Shown in pieces: positions 1 through 11,005 of a DNA stretch of 46,154 bases (the first letter of the stretch is position 1; the number at the start of each line of letters is the position of its first letter). The translations under genes were made by a program, and so were the position numbers. The notes under the pieces are model-generated. The model was not told the origin of the DNA. It did no database searches and saw nothing but the letters and a program-made list of their open reading frames with translations. Source of the DNA: Octopus bimaculoides (Eukaryota); assembly GCF_001194135.2 (NCBI RefSeq), contig NC_068982.1:174039803-174085956 (forward strand). Direction: 5' to 3'.

Positions 1-276
1 TGGAAACATTCGTATTTTGCTCAACATCCTTAAACAAACCTTATTCAGGGACCTTTTGAGCAGGATGGGCTACTCGACCTGAAGAAAATTCTAACTGGGC
101 CCCACCTGCGTGGTCATGCGCTGTTTATCTTGACATGAGACCACCATGTCGTGCACATATGGTTGTGATGCATGTGCCTGGTGTACCCTTATCAAACGGG
201 TAGTCATGATGGGTATAATAGGCTTCGTATATTTTACCCCAGTGTCACTTTGATGGCATGCCCTGCTCTCTCACTA

Positions 277-278
<2 letters not shown>
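1..278. mobile_element. Partial copy of an unclassified interspersed repeat (homologous to 1341-1603)
   Basis: Position 1 (tggaaacatt..gctcaacatccttaaacaaaccttattcagggacc) aligns with 1341 onward. Both copies end ctctctcact(a/c)aataat at an (AAT)n tract. Confidence 0.85.
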
Positions 279-324
<46 letters not shown>

Positions 325-327
<3 letters not shown>

Positions 328-488
328 GGCACGAGGCCTGAAAGTTTGGGGATAGTCGCTTATATATTGACTGGTACTTATTTAACCGACCCCTAAAGGA
401 TAAAAGGCAAAGTCGACCACAGCAGAATTCGAATACAAAACATAATGACGGATGAAATGCGGTAACGATTCCACTAGCTCGTCGCTTT
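325..488 (-). mobile_element. tRNA-derived SINE, (ATT)n-tailed family, degenerate copy
   Basis: Homologous to the copies at 514-727 and 857-1066 (aggcctgaaa..., cgacccc.aaaggat.aaaggcaaagtcgacc core). Flanked by (AAT)n. Confidence 0.8.
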
Positions 489-513
489 TTAATAATAATA
501 ATAATAATAATAA

Positions 514-727
514 TCCTTTCTATTATAGACACAAGGCCTGAAATTTTGGGGTGGGGACTAGTCGATTATATCGACCCCAGTACGCAAATGATACTTAATT
601 TATCGACCCCGAAAGAATGAATGGCAAAGTCGACCTCAGCGGAATTTGAACTCAGAACGTAAAGTCGGACGAAATGTCGCTAAGCATTTTGCCCGGCGTG
701 CTGACGATCCTGCCAGCTCGCCGCCTT
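514..727 (-). mobile_element. tRNA-derived SINE, (ATT)n-tailed family, full length
   Basis: Minus strand reads aaggcggcgagctggcaggatcgtcagc (A-box-like), gagttcaaattcc (B-box), core gtcgactttgccattcattctttcggggtcgataaattaagt, then ...ggccttgtgtctataatagaaagg + (ATT)n. Confidence 0.9.
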
Positions 728-742
728 AATAATGAAAATAAT

Positions 743-805
743 CCTTTCCACTAAAGGCATGAGGCCTGAAATTTTGGGGACGGGACTAGTCATGTTCGCT
801 GCCTT
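743..805 (-). mobile_element. Internally deleted mini-SINE (head fused to tail)
   Basis: About 13 nt of head (aaggcagcgaac) is joined directly to gactagtccc...aggcctcatgcctttagtggaaagg. B-box and core are missing. Confidence 0.7.
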
Positions 806-855
<50 letters not shown>

Positions 856-856
856 A

Positions 857-1066
857 CTTTCTACTGGAAGCATAAGGCCTCAAATTTGGGGGAAGGGATT
901 AAGTCAATTACATCGACCCAGTGCGTAACTGATACTTAATTTATCGACCTGAAAGAATGAAATGCATGTCGACCTCGGTGGGATTTGAACCCAGAATGTA
1001 GCGGCAGACGAAATATCGCTAGACATTTCATCCGGCGTGCTAAAGATTCTGCCAGTTCACCGCCTT
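857..1066 (-). mobile_element. tRNA-derived SINE, (ATT)n-tailed family, full length
   Basis: Same head, B-box (gggttcaaatccc), core and tail as 514-727. Flanked by (AAT)n. Confidence 0.9.
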
Positions 1067-1080
1067 AATAATGATAATAG

Positions 1081-1603
1081 GCAGTGGCTCTCATGGCTTC
1101 TGATCTTAATTGATTGGAAATGTTATCATGTACATTGTTTTATCTTGGTATAAAAGATGGGCTACAGCAAATATTCTGCTCAATACCACAGATTTGCTTG
1201 TCAGTTGTTTGACCTTTACCAGTTGAGCATGCCCCTTGGTGGCTGATGATATGTGCATCTCTGATCACGAGCAGAAGTAGTAGGGGAGCATCATAGCCAT
1301 GTGTTGAGAAGAATTCCTTGGGGTTTGAATGATTCACCTTTGGAAACATAGGTGTTTTGCTCAACATCCTTAAACAAACCTTATTCAGGGACCTTTTGAG
1401 CGGAATGGGCTACTTGACCTGAAGGAAATTCTAACTTGGCCCCGCCTGCGAGGTCATGCACTGTTTATCTTAATATGAGATCACCACGTCGCGCACATAT
1501 GGTTGCGATGCATGTGCCTGGTGTACCCTTATCAGACGGGTAGTCCTGATGGGTATAATGGGCTTCATATATTTTACCCAATGCACTGCTCTCTCACTCA
1601 ATA
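1081..1603. mobile_element. Unclassified ~520-bp interspersed repeat
   Basis: Its 3' half is repeated at 1-278. It is GC-richer than its flanks, has no recognisable coding motif and is bounded by AAT-type repeats. Confidence 0.8.
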
Positions 1604-1608
1604 ATAAT

Positions 1609-1672
1609 CCTTTCTACTAAAGGCACAAGGCCTCAAATATGTAAGGAGGGACTAGTCGAGCTCGGCGCCCTT
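1609..1672 (-). mobile_element. Internally deleted mini-SINE (head fused to tail)
   Basis: Minus strand: aagggcgccgagct joined to cgactagtccctcc...aggccttgtgcctttagtagaaagg. Confidence 0.7.
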
Positions 1673-1727
<55 letters not shown>

Positions 1728-1729
<2 letters not shown>

Positions 1730-1935
1730 TTTGCTTTATATTTTGGCACAAGGGAGGTAATTTTTCAGGGGAAGAGTAAGTTCATTACATTAACACCAGT
1801 ACTTAACAAGTTTTATATTTTATCGAACTCGGAGGAATAAAAGGCAAAAGACAAATTCGGCGGAATTTGAAATCAAAACATAAAATGACGTAACAAATGC
1901 CACATGTCATCTTTCTACGACGCTTCAACTTCCAA
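1728..1935 (-). mobile_element. Highly degenerate SINE of the same family
   Basis: Residual ggcacaag, ttttatcga.ctcggaggaataaaaggcaaa, cggcggaatttgaaatcaaaac motifs. Confidence 0.6.
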
Positions 1936-2144
1936 ACCAGACACATAGTTAAAAAGCTGCTGGAGGGGACATAGTCGATTAAAAGCATCTTTTTTCGCAT
2001 ACACCGGCTATAATACAGCATATACAATGATAATGGACGCACAATGATAACTAAGTGCAATTCTTATGGACTGTACAGTTTTATAGTTATATTTTCACTT
2101 TTAACACGCATTTGGTCACAGTGTGCTCTCTCCCTTTCTCTCTG

Positions 2145-2177
<33 letters not shown>

Positions 2178-3234
2178 GTATATATATATATATATATGTA
2201 TATATANNNNNNNNNNNNNNNNNNNNNNNNNNNNNNNNNNNNNNNNNNNNNNNNNNNNNNNNNNNNNNNNNNNNNNNNNNNNNNNNNNNNNNNNNNNNNN
2301 NNNNNNNNNNNNNNNNNNNNNNNNNNNNNNNNNNNNNNNNNNNNNNNNNNNNNNNNNNNNNNNNNNNNNNNNNNNNNNNNNNNNNNNNNNNNNNNNNNNN
2401 NNNNNNNNNNNNNNNNNNNNNNNNNNNNNNNNNNNNNNNNNNNNNNNNNNNNNNNNNNNNNNNNNNNNNNNNNNNNNNNNNNNNNNNNNNNNNNNNNNNN
2501 NNNNNNNNNNNNNNNNNNNNNNNNNNNNNNNNNNNNNNNNNNNNNNNNNNNNNNNNNNNNNNNNNNNNNNNNNNNNNNNNNNNNNNNNNNNNNNNNNNNN
2601 NNNNNNNNNNNNNNNNNNNNNNNNNNNNNNNNNNNNNNNNNNNNNNNNNNNNNNNNNNNNNNNNNNNNNNNNNNNNNNNNNNNNNNNNNNNNNNNNNNNN
2701 NNNNNNNNNNNNNNNNNNNNNNNNNNNNNNNNNNNNATATATATATATATATTACATATATAATTTATATACAGATATATATATACACGCACACACATTT
2801 GTGTGTGTGCGCATATGGATGTATTTATACACAGATACGCACACACATAGACACATATATATATATATATATATGTATATTTGTATATATGTTTGTGTGT
2901 GTCAGTGCATGTATATATAGTCTTTTCATATCGTAATTTGGAGAAAAAGTGTTTTTTGCGATGTTAATCTTTAATGTTTTATATTGAAGTTGCGTTTTCA
3001 GAAAATAACATCCACAACAATAAGAATCATGTTCATGATAACCATGATGATTATGATGATGATTATATTTTTATCATTAGCGTTTTTATCACCATCATTA
3101 TTGTCATCCTCATCATGATTGTACGCATCTCTGACCTTTTGTTTTCAATAAAAGCTATTTTGTAGAGATGATGACGCATGGTTATAAGCCTTTCCCTTTT
3201 TTTTTTATTTTATTGATAAAATATTCCACAGACC

Positions 3235-3590
3235 ATCTGCACTATTCTTTCAAGTTAAAACATTGGAAGTGTTGACAGTCAGTTCTTCGATTTTCTGCTT
3301 TGAATCACGCTTCGCTACTGTCATCGCTCCTATAATTACAAGGAATGTTCTTGTCTCCATATACCACATCTTCAATATTAATATTTCCAGGTTTTTACAT
3401 TTATTTGAAGAGTTTTTTCAATTTCCTTTACTGAGTTGTTGAGCGAGCCACATCAATAACTGTACTTATCAATAAGTACACAACTCTAGATATCATGTGT
3501 ATTATAACAATATCAGCGCAGTCAATTTTCTCTGCTTGTCAGTATATATTTGCATTTCCTACAGAAGTATACCATTGCACGCTGCTAGAA
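3235..3590 (-). pseudogene. Old R4/Dong-type LINE fragment (restriction-like endonuclease region)
   Basis: Frameshifted minus-strand translation gives ILL*EMQIYTDK.., ADIVII.., LLI..VIDVA.., KEIEK.., KNLEILILKMWYMETRTFLVIIGAM. This is collinear with the RLE C-terminus seen at 42416-42592 and 43263-43700. Confidence 0.6.
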
Positions 3591-3885
3591 ATAAAAAAGA
3601 TTCCGAAAAGAGAAATTGGTTGGGATGGGATTGGAAATTTTAATTCAGATGAAGCCGGAACCAATAGACCTAATAGAGATAATAGAGATCCCGAGATCTT
3701 GGTCTTCTAGCTTCAGCTACTACCTGCAACACACATATAATATCTTAAAGGCATAAATACCCCAAAGGAGGAAAAACTTCAGAGAAACTATTTACAAAAG
3801 TGGAAACACTCACAGTTATAGGAATAAGGTAAACGATCCTTTCTCACTTTCTTTTTGTCCCACATGGCATTGCTTAGAATAGACA

Positions 3886-5170
3886 GTGTAAATGCAAGTA
3901 GCTTGAGGTCACCCTGGAAGTAGGGCTACCTACTCAATGATCTCAAACTACTAGATAGTGATCTCAAACCACTAGAATGAGACCACAGTTTCCGATTCTC
4001 GAGATTTATGCCCATTTTCTGAAGAAATAATACGAGGTCCGCTTTCCTTTCTCGTCGACCAAAATTGTTTAGGAAGGATGTAAATATCTTGATATGGACC
4101 ATCTTCTTTGATTCAGAAGGTAGGTTAGTGGTTCTCGATTTGAACTGTAGTAAAGTGGATGCCTTCAGCTTAATAGTTGTTTATGCTTCGTAAACGGTTG
4201 TACAGATAGATTTTTCCAGTTGTATGGAGGTTTTCTTGAGAATTCCATGCAGTTTACTGCTTGCAGACGACCGAAACGCTATCTTGGATGCGCATTTCGA
4301 TGGTGTGGGACTAAATGATAGAAGAGTGGTGCAAACTGCGCGTAAACCTATCAGACTGTTTTGCAGCCTAACAAGTACCAACCAGATTTCATGGAAACGC
4401 CAATATGGTCATGGACAAAACGCATCAAGTTATCCAGATCGTATCTAAATAATCGATTCTGTGAACCAGCAAATAAAGATAACATAGATTGTCGGCTTCA
4501 GAGACCATAGGTTTTTGATCAGTACGATCGACCTAGCTAGCTAAGCTTCGTAGGCAAATACCTGGTTACCGAGAGCTAAATGCCTCGCAACCGGATAACA
4601 GAAACTGGATTGGCGGATTAGTTAGCGGTGTTGACGGGACAATCGTCAACAACAAATGTTTGTTCATCATGAAAAGGGCGACTATAGTAGAATCGATAAG
4701 GTGTAATAAGGTCGTAGAGACAGAGAAGACTAGAATATAGGGAGATTTAGCAAGAAAATTAGGAGAGGTGCTGAGGAAAAGCATCGCAACTGATGTGCTA
4801 CAGGTGAGATTGGTTTTTGGCTAATTCTTCAGTGTAAAGCACGAAGGGTGCGTTTTCTGAATTAAGGCACCTACTCTAAGAAACAAGGAGACGAAAGATG
4901 TTCCATGGGTTCGAGTGTGAGAAGTGTAAGTTGGCAATAAAGCTACAATTCTGTCTTAAGCAATCCGAAATGGACTTATATTATACGACCCTAGGCAAAT
5001 ACGTGCCACTTTTTGGTATCACCTTTATCGACGGCCTGCCATAATTCTCGGAAAAAGAGTCAGAAATTTTCAAAAGCCCATAACATCTGTGGAAATGCGG
5101 AAAGCAATGGCTGTTTGAAGTGCAAATCGTTTGGTTTAGATCATCTGCCCACTAAGCTAGTTGACCGTTG
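3886..5170 (+). pseudogene. L1/Tx1-clade ORF2 fossil: APE endonuclease plus linker to the start of RT
   Basis: Frameshifted motifs in the correct order: NASSLRSPWK, EGRLVVLD, IVVYA, MEVFL..LLLADDRNAILDA (GD.N motif), PIWSWT, SRSYL, DHRF, PGYRELNAS, KPITSVEMRKAMA, GLDHLP. Confidence 0.75.
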
Positions 5171-5344
5171 GATCATTGTTACGTTGGTGGTATAATATGA
5201 GCAGGTGATGAACATTGAAGGGAAACATGTAGATTAGATGTAGCTTCCTACGGACAACCAACTCGTTATGACAACTACATCTCAGAAAACCGCCAAGTTC
5301 TCCCGAGATTATATCCTTCTAGTGCGGAGACGAGGTCACTCACA

Positions 5345-5480
5345 CAGGTACTTCTGAGTTCAAATCACACCGTGGCCAACTCTGCCTTTCATACTCCCGG
5401 TCTTGACAAAATAAAGTACTAGTCAAGTACTAGCATGGATGGAATCGACTAACTACCTCTCTTCAAGCTTGTAGGCGTAA
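5345..5480 (+). mobile_element. Degenerate SINE fragment
   Basis: ctgagttcaaatcacacc (B-box) followed by ctgcctttcat...gacaaaataaagtactagtc core remnant. Confidence 0.55.
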
Positions 5481-6024
5481 ATGCAAAATGGTAATTCGAT
5501 CCTTTAATGTTCTGTTGTTAGACTTCAAATTCAACTCTCCGGAGCACAAGATATGCTTTGGTTCGTTTCAATTGCCTATATCATGTCCACATCTCAAATT
5601 TTATATTTATGTTAAATGAAGAAATCATTAGCTGAAATCATGTGTTATAACAATCAAATGAAAACGATGGGAGAACGCTGAGCTCAATAAATGCTCTTTT
5701 TAGTTGTATATCTGTACGTTCCAAATAACAAATTTATACGTCCAGATCTAGTTACGGTTAACTTTGCATTCAATCGTTCTGTGATTAACGAAAGAAATAC
5801 CAGTTATTACTGGAATCTATTTGACTGAGTTATTCCTTATTTGAAAATTTGTAACCTTACACCTAAACAAGGGTTATTAAATAGTATGCTGGACAAATAG
5901 TCTTATATCAATTTAGTTTTGTCTGCCAACATTCTAAGATCAAACCCCACCAACTTCACCTTCTATTTTTCCAAAGTTTGGTAAAATAGAACCAATCTAG
6001 ATAAATGACATTGTTCTTTAGCTT

Positions 6025-6129
6025 AATATCGAAGGTTGCACTGAATAACATTAAAGACAAAACAATTTGTAACAGAGAGAATTAGAAAGAATAGGAAGAT
6101 GAAGAGAGAGGGTGTATGAAGAAAGAATA

Positions 6130-6171
<42 letters not shown>

Positions 6172-6420
6172 AAAGAAAAAATGGGGTGGCGAAAGTCGAA
6201 GGAACAGAAAAGAAGATAGATGCTATGGGAGCAGGCGTGAGAAGAAAAGGATGGGAGCAATGATGGAAAGCAAATAAGAAACAAAATAGGGTGTAAAAAG
6301 GTATATATGAAGAAAACAAAGAAGCGAAATAGAAGTGGGAGGAGAGACAAGTGGGACAGCGTGATGCGAAATAAATAAACAAAAAGAAATGAAATAGGGA
6401 CCTCAACAACAGTAACTTCA
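6025..6420. repeat. Purine-rich low-complexity tract with (GA)n
   Basis: (GA)n at about 6132-6171 within a strongly A/G-skewed stretch. Confidence 0.9.
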
Positions 6421-6930
6421 ATAGCGACAACAACAATAATAAAAGTGTCCAGAAGATGATAACGAAAACCGGAACAAAGGGGAGGTGGCAATTACGCGTA
6501 ACAATAACTGTCATATACAACAACAACCACAACAATAACAAACAAGTATTTTTGACAATAATTACAATAATGATTACAATAATGATTGTGGTGACAACAA
6601 TGACTAAGAGTACGAAAATACCAACGGTAATAATGGTAATAATAATCGTAATTACTTAATGAAAATAACAATAACAGTAGTAAACCTGTTATTGTTATTT
6701 ATGTTGTTGTAGTGACTGGATGGTGGTGGTGGTGGTGGCGTTGGCAGAAAACTGAGATAAGATTAGAATGTGTTATAGTCTTGTTTTGTATTATTTTACT
6801 GGTTTCGCCTTCAACAGTTTAGTATATTGTTTAACTCTTCAACTCGTCGCAGTATTTATTTCAATCTGGTACATATCTTATCATCTCCATTTATCGAATG
6901 GATAATAAGCATTGTATATATATATATATA

Positions 6931-7362
6931 TGGGAGAATGTACGAAAAAACAACAACAGACGAGGACAGGTGGTGTAAATAACAAAAGGATGTATTAGTA
7001 TGACGCTCGGGAATACGGAAAGTCTTTGACGTTTCGAGCTACGCTCTTCAACAGAAAGAATACGGAGACAAGGAGAAAAACACGGAGAAAAAAATTGAAT
7101 AGTGTTCAGTCAACGGTCAATATCGATCTTATCAAGTGGGCAGCATGGGAATAAAAACCATCAAAGGTAACAATTATTTAAGATTATAACATAGGGTATC
7201 TAAGAGATTCCGCCACGCTGAAAAATAGCAGTCAAATCTTGACACTAAACCACAATAAATGTTCATATGGCACAAAGACGAAGACAAAATAAACTAGCAA
7301 AAATTACTGGATATTTTTGCTAGTTTTGCTGGAATTATCCAGTAATTTTTGCTAGTTTATTT
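6931..7362 (-). mobile_element. Penelope-like element terminal region (pLTR-like) abutting (TA)n
   Basis: Contains a hammerhead-like motif at 7024-7058, ends in a (TA)n tract at 6915-6930 and has a terminal inversion at 7287-7362. PLE assignment is inferred from the hammerhead and this architecture. Confidence 0.55.
7024..7058 (-). ncRNA. Minimal type I hammerhead-ribozyme-like motif (variant core)
   Basis: Minus strand: CTTT-CTGTTGA-A-GAGC(GTA)GCTC-GAAAC-GTC-AAAG. Stem I is CTTT/AAAG, stem II GAGC/GCTC, stem III palindromic ACGT, cleavage triplet GUC. A6 is replaced by U. Confidence 0.6.
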
Positions 7363-7582
7363 NNNNNNNNNNNNNNNNNNNNNNNNNNNNNNNNNNNNNN
7401 NNNNNNNNNNNNNNNNNNNNNNNNNNNNNNNNNNNNNNNNNNNNNNNNNNNNNNNNNNNNNNNNNNNNNNNNNNNNNNNNNNNNNNNNNNNNNNNNNNNN
7501 NNNNNNNNNNNNNNNNNNNNNNNNNNNNNNNNNNNNNNNNNNNNNNNNNNNNNNNNNNNNNNNNNNNNNNNNNNNNNNNNNN

Positions 7583-8411
7583 CAACAGATAGCAACGCAC
7601 GGTTGCGTGCGCAGTAAGAGCTAGCAATGACCTTCATGAGGCAGTGTGCCGAGTGACATTATTATGTTTATTTCGCATGTGAAATCTGTGCTTTTTGATC
7701 ACGTGTATGCTGTAGCCTGCGATTTTGTCATGGATATGAACAAAGAGCCAACGTGAAGTTTTGCATTAAACTTGAGAAGTCTGCTACAGGGACATTGAGC
7801 ATGCTTTGGCAAGCTTAAAGCGATGAGGTGATGGGTCGTACGCAATGTTTCGAGTGGCACGGGTACTTCAAAAGCAGAAGAACGTCCCTGGAAGGCGATA
7901 AGCGATCTGGAAGACCTGCCACGAGTGTCATCCCCGGAAATGTACTATTAGGTATCGGGAATTCTTCCTTCAGAGCCAGACCGTCAATCACAGAGTTTTA
8001 CTGCGACGTTTTGACGTGTTTGAGGGAGGACATTCTGCGAACGGATCTGTGGAGCACGAGGAAGTGTATCTTCCCCAGACTCTATTCAATCGTGAGTTTC
8101 TCTCCCAATACAACACGGTCTCGCTTCTGCACCCGCCCTATTCGCCAGATTTAGCATATACGAACTTCCATCTCTTCCCCCAAGATGAATATGCAGCTCA
8201 AAGATCGTCGTTTTAACACCGTTGTTGACATCCTGAGCGAATCATAAAAGGTATTCGACACGCTTACGGAAAACGACTTTCAGGCCGGATTCCAAAAGTG
8301 GCAGGAACACTGCGAAAAGCGAATATTTCAAAGGAGATGATGTTAAACGTAGGTAAATAAATTATCTTTTATTAGAGACAACTAGTCCGGGAACCTTTCG
8401 ATACCACTTCG
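7583..8411 (+). mobile_element. Mariner (DD34D) transposon remnant, internally deleted
   Basis: QRANVKFCIKLEKSAT, QCFEWH..FKS..TSLEGDKRSGRP, YCDVLTCLRE, HPPYSPDLA..NFHLFP, DFQAGFQKWQ. Terminus ...gataccacttcg followed by TA at 8412-8413. Confidence 0.85.
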
Positions 8412-8529
8412 TATATACATGCATATATGTGTATGAACATATATTCATATATATAAATATATATACTTATATATATATATATATATATAATATTAAGATT
8501 CAGTTGAATTAGGTACTTAAGTTGAAGTA

Positions 8530-8905
8530 CCAAGTCAGTGCGGCATTATCCGTACAATTCAAAGTAAGGTGAGGAAGATATTTAGTCGTAAAAAGCAATA
8601 GCACCTACACTAGGGTAATGCATCAGTCCACAATTCCATCCTGGTAACCAATTAGTTTACATACCTGGGCATCAAAGCTGCCCTTTACCCCCACCCCTAT
8701 AGTCCAGATCATGCTTCCTGCAACTTTTGATTGTTCTCCAAACTGAAAGAGAAGGTGAGTAACTGGGGAGAACAATCTTGGACACCATCAATTTGGAGGA
8801 TTTTCAAGGGTGAAGCCTTCACGAAGTGGCTGGAGCGCTACGACAAATACACTGAAGTCAGAGAATCCTACTTTGAAGGAGACTGAAGTTGTGTACTTCT
8901 CTGGG

Positions 8906-8915
<10 letters not shown>
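8530..8915 (+). pseudogene. Mariner transposase C-terminal fragment
   Basis: HPYSPDHASCNF*LFSKLKEK and AFTKWLERYDKYTEVRESYFEGD*. Confidence 0.75.
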
Positions 8916-8941
<26 letters not shown>

Positions 8942-8944
<3 letters not shown>

Positions 8945-9164
8945 TAATCCCTCGCCGTTTCATAGTTCACCTATCGCGGTTTATTATTTAAGCTTACGTC
9001 GATTTCTCCCTGGTGTTGTTTTGCATTTATAATAAAATAAATATATATAAATTATAAAAATAGTAAAATAAAATAAGCAGTACAGTATTGTTTCTACTTC
9101 ACGGATTTTCACCTATTACGTGGTGTTTTGGAACGTAACACCCGCCATAGTTGAAAGATTATTG
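8942..9164. mobile_element. Tigger/pogo-like MITE
   Basis: TA|cagtaatccctcg...gttgaaagattattg|TA: degenerate CAGT-type terminal inverted repeats with TA flanks and an AT-rich interior. Confidence 0.65.
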
Positions 9165-9189
9165 TAAAAGCACTAAAGAGAAGTAGATT

Positions 9190-10078
9190 TGCTAATAAGC
9201 TACTTTATATGGGAGGTCTTCGACCTCACCATCAGAGAAAGGTTAAAGAGCTAGGAACTCTGTGATACCGATTAGAAAGCATTTTCCAAATAATCCATAG
9301 ATATTGTAAGCCTTTCATTTTCCACAATTTCAAGACTAGCTAATCTCGTTTAGATAATATCACTTCCAATATTGCTACAACAGAAGAAAACAAACAATCA
9401 CATAGTCTTCACAATTCTACCTGTAACTAGCGAAATCCTACAAGCTGTCTCTTTGTAAGGATTTTTTCTCTCGTAGGCTCTAACTTACAGAGCCATTATA
9501 ACACCACCTGGCCTGACGAGACGCTATAGATGCATGACAGCCAATGGCTTTAAAGGAAGATACACAGCACATGCACTCCTTAACGTATAGATCAAGGAAG
9601 AATTTTAACTCCATAACCCGCATTATTAGAAAACTCCGCTACCACCGAAACTAATTTCCCAACATTACATAGAGCATTTTTAGCAAGGCCCCGATAATTT
9701 GCAAAGCGGCGTCCGTGAGAAGTTTTACATGTCCTACCAGCCAGCAGTTTTCAATAAACAGAAAACAAGTATTATCCTATTGTTTCCCCCAACTTCCATT
9801 AATGAAGTTCAAGCCATTGACTGCTGGTAGCCTATATATGCTATCCTAGGTCTAACTGACTCACGACAATGGCAGAGTCCTGTATAAATCCTGCTAATCC
9901 TAGAGATTACAGGCTACTGTCACAAAACACACATATTACCTGAACTGACAAATGTCATCACGAAGCCATTTTAAATTTCTTTCAATTCCTCTTCACTCTG
10001 ACTCCGAGCATCAGATTATGTGAAAGTGTTCGATGCCTACAACTTTATACAATAAGGCAGTGTTAAACAGCTGTTAAA
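9190..10078 (+). mobile_element. Naiad-like Penelope element fossil (linker, GIY-YIG and 3' end)
   Basis: Frameshifted RKHFPNNP, TCN*RNPTSC, AIITPPGLTRRYRCMTANGFKGRYTAH (YIG..T.N.FK.RY..H). Ends in aaacagctgtta, the same palindromic stem-III signature as at 19642-19654. Confidence 0.6.
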
Positions 10079-10122
10079 TATATGCGTGTATTTGTGTATA
10101 TGTATTCATAGAGGTATATGTT

Positions 10123-10159
<37 letters not shown>

Positions 10160-10358
10160 TGGACTTCCGGCAGTTACTGTCCACCAGATATGTGTTACAA
10201 AACTTTCCACTCACGACCATAGCGTCTGTTTATGGAATCCTAGATTATATAATAATCTGCTTGGTCGTTCGCCCGTTATACATTAGTTAGTTAGAGAGGT
10301 GGAAGTGAAGTGAGTGAGAGGTGGAGTAAGAATAAGAGAGAGAGAGAGNNNNNNNNNN

Positions 10359-10401
<43 letters not shown>

Positions 10402-11005
10402 AGTGAAGAAAGCAGGGAGGAAGAAGTAGAGAAAGGTGATTAATATTAATACACTTAGGCCAAATAGTCACGTAGTCAACTGAAGGTAGAAGCGAAGAAC
10501 AACAGAAAAAGACGGCGAGAGGAAAAAAGGGAGAAAGAAGCGTTTACGACGTGCGGTTGGATGGAGCAAGGAATGCTTATTTCGTGGCTAAAAAGTTAGC
10601 TGAAGGGAAAGAGAGATGGACAGGGATGACAGTTATATTGAAAGAGAGAAAGCTAGATAGCGGTGGCGGTGGTGATTGTGATAGTGGTGTGTTGATATTG
10701 AAAAGTAATTTTTTTACTGAACTAATTTTTTTTATAACGACCATTGCATACGTTCAAGTACAATCATTTATCGTCTTCTCGCTTAAAAAATTGATATTAG
10801 TTTAAGAAAAAGGTTAATTTAGCCTAAATTGGATTCACAAGAAACATGGTTGCAAGCTGACAAAGAAAGGATGCGCAGATATAGAGCACGGATCAGAGAA
10901 GAACAGCGAGAAGTTATAATAAAAAGAATAAAAGACAACACCGACGGAGACGTGAGGAAATGAATGTAACGTCAAGAATGTTTAAAGAAAGCTTAACTAT
11001 GCATA

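Noticed and set aside
325-1066. Idea that the (ATT)n-tailed SINE is mobilised by the R4/Dong elements
   Set aside because: Its polarity to the microsatellite is opposite (ATT versus AAT in sense), and its tail shows no similarity to either R4 3' UTR in this window.
6023-6541. Hydrophobic 172-aa and 146-aa ORFs resembling membrane proteins
   Set aside because: They are a by-product of a pyrimidine-rich low-complexity strand; no domain and no splice support.
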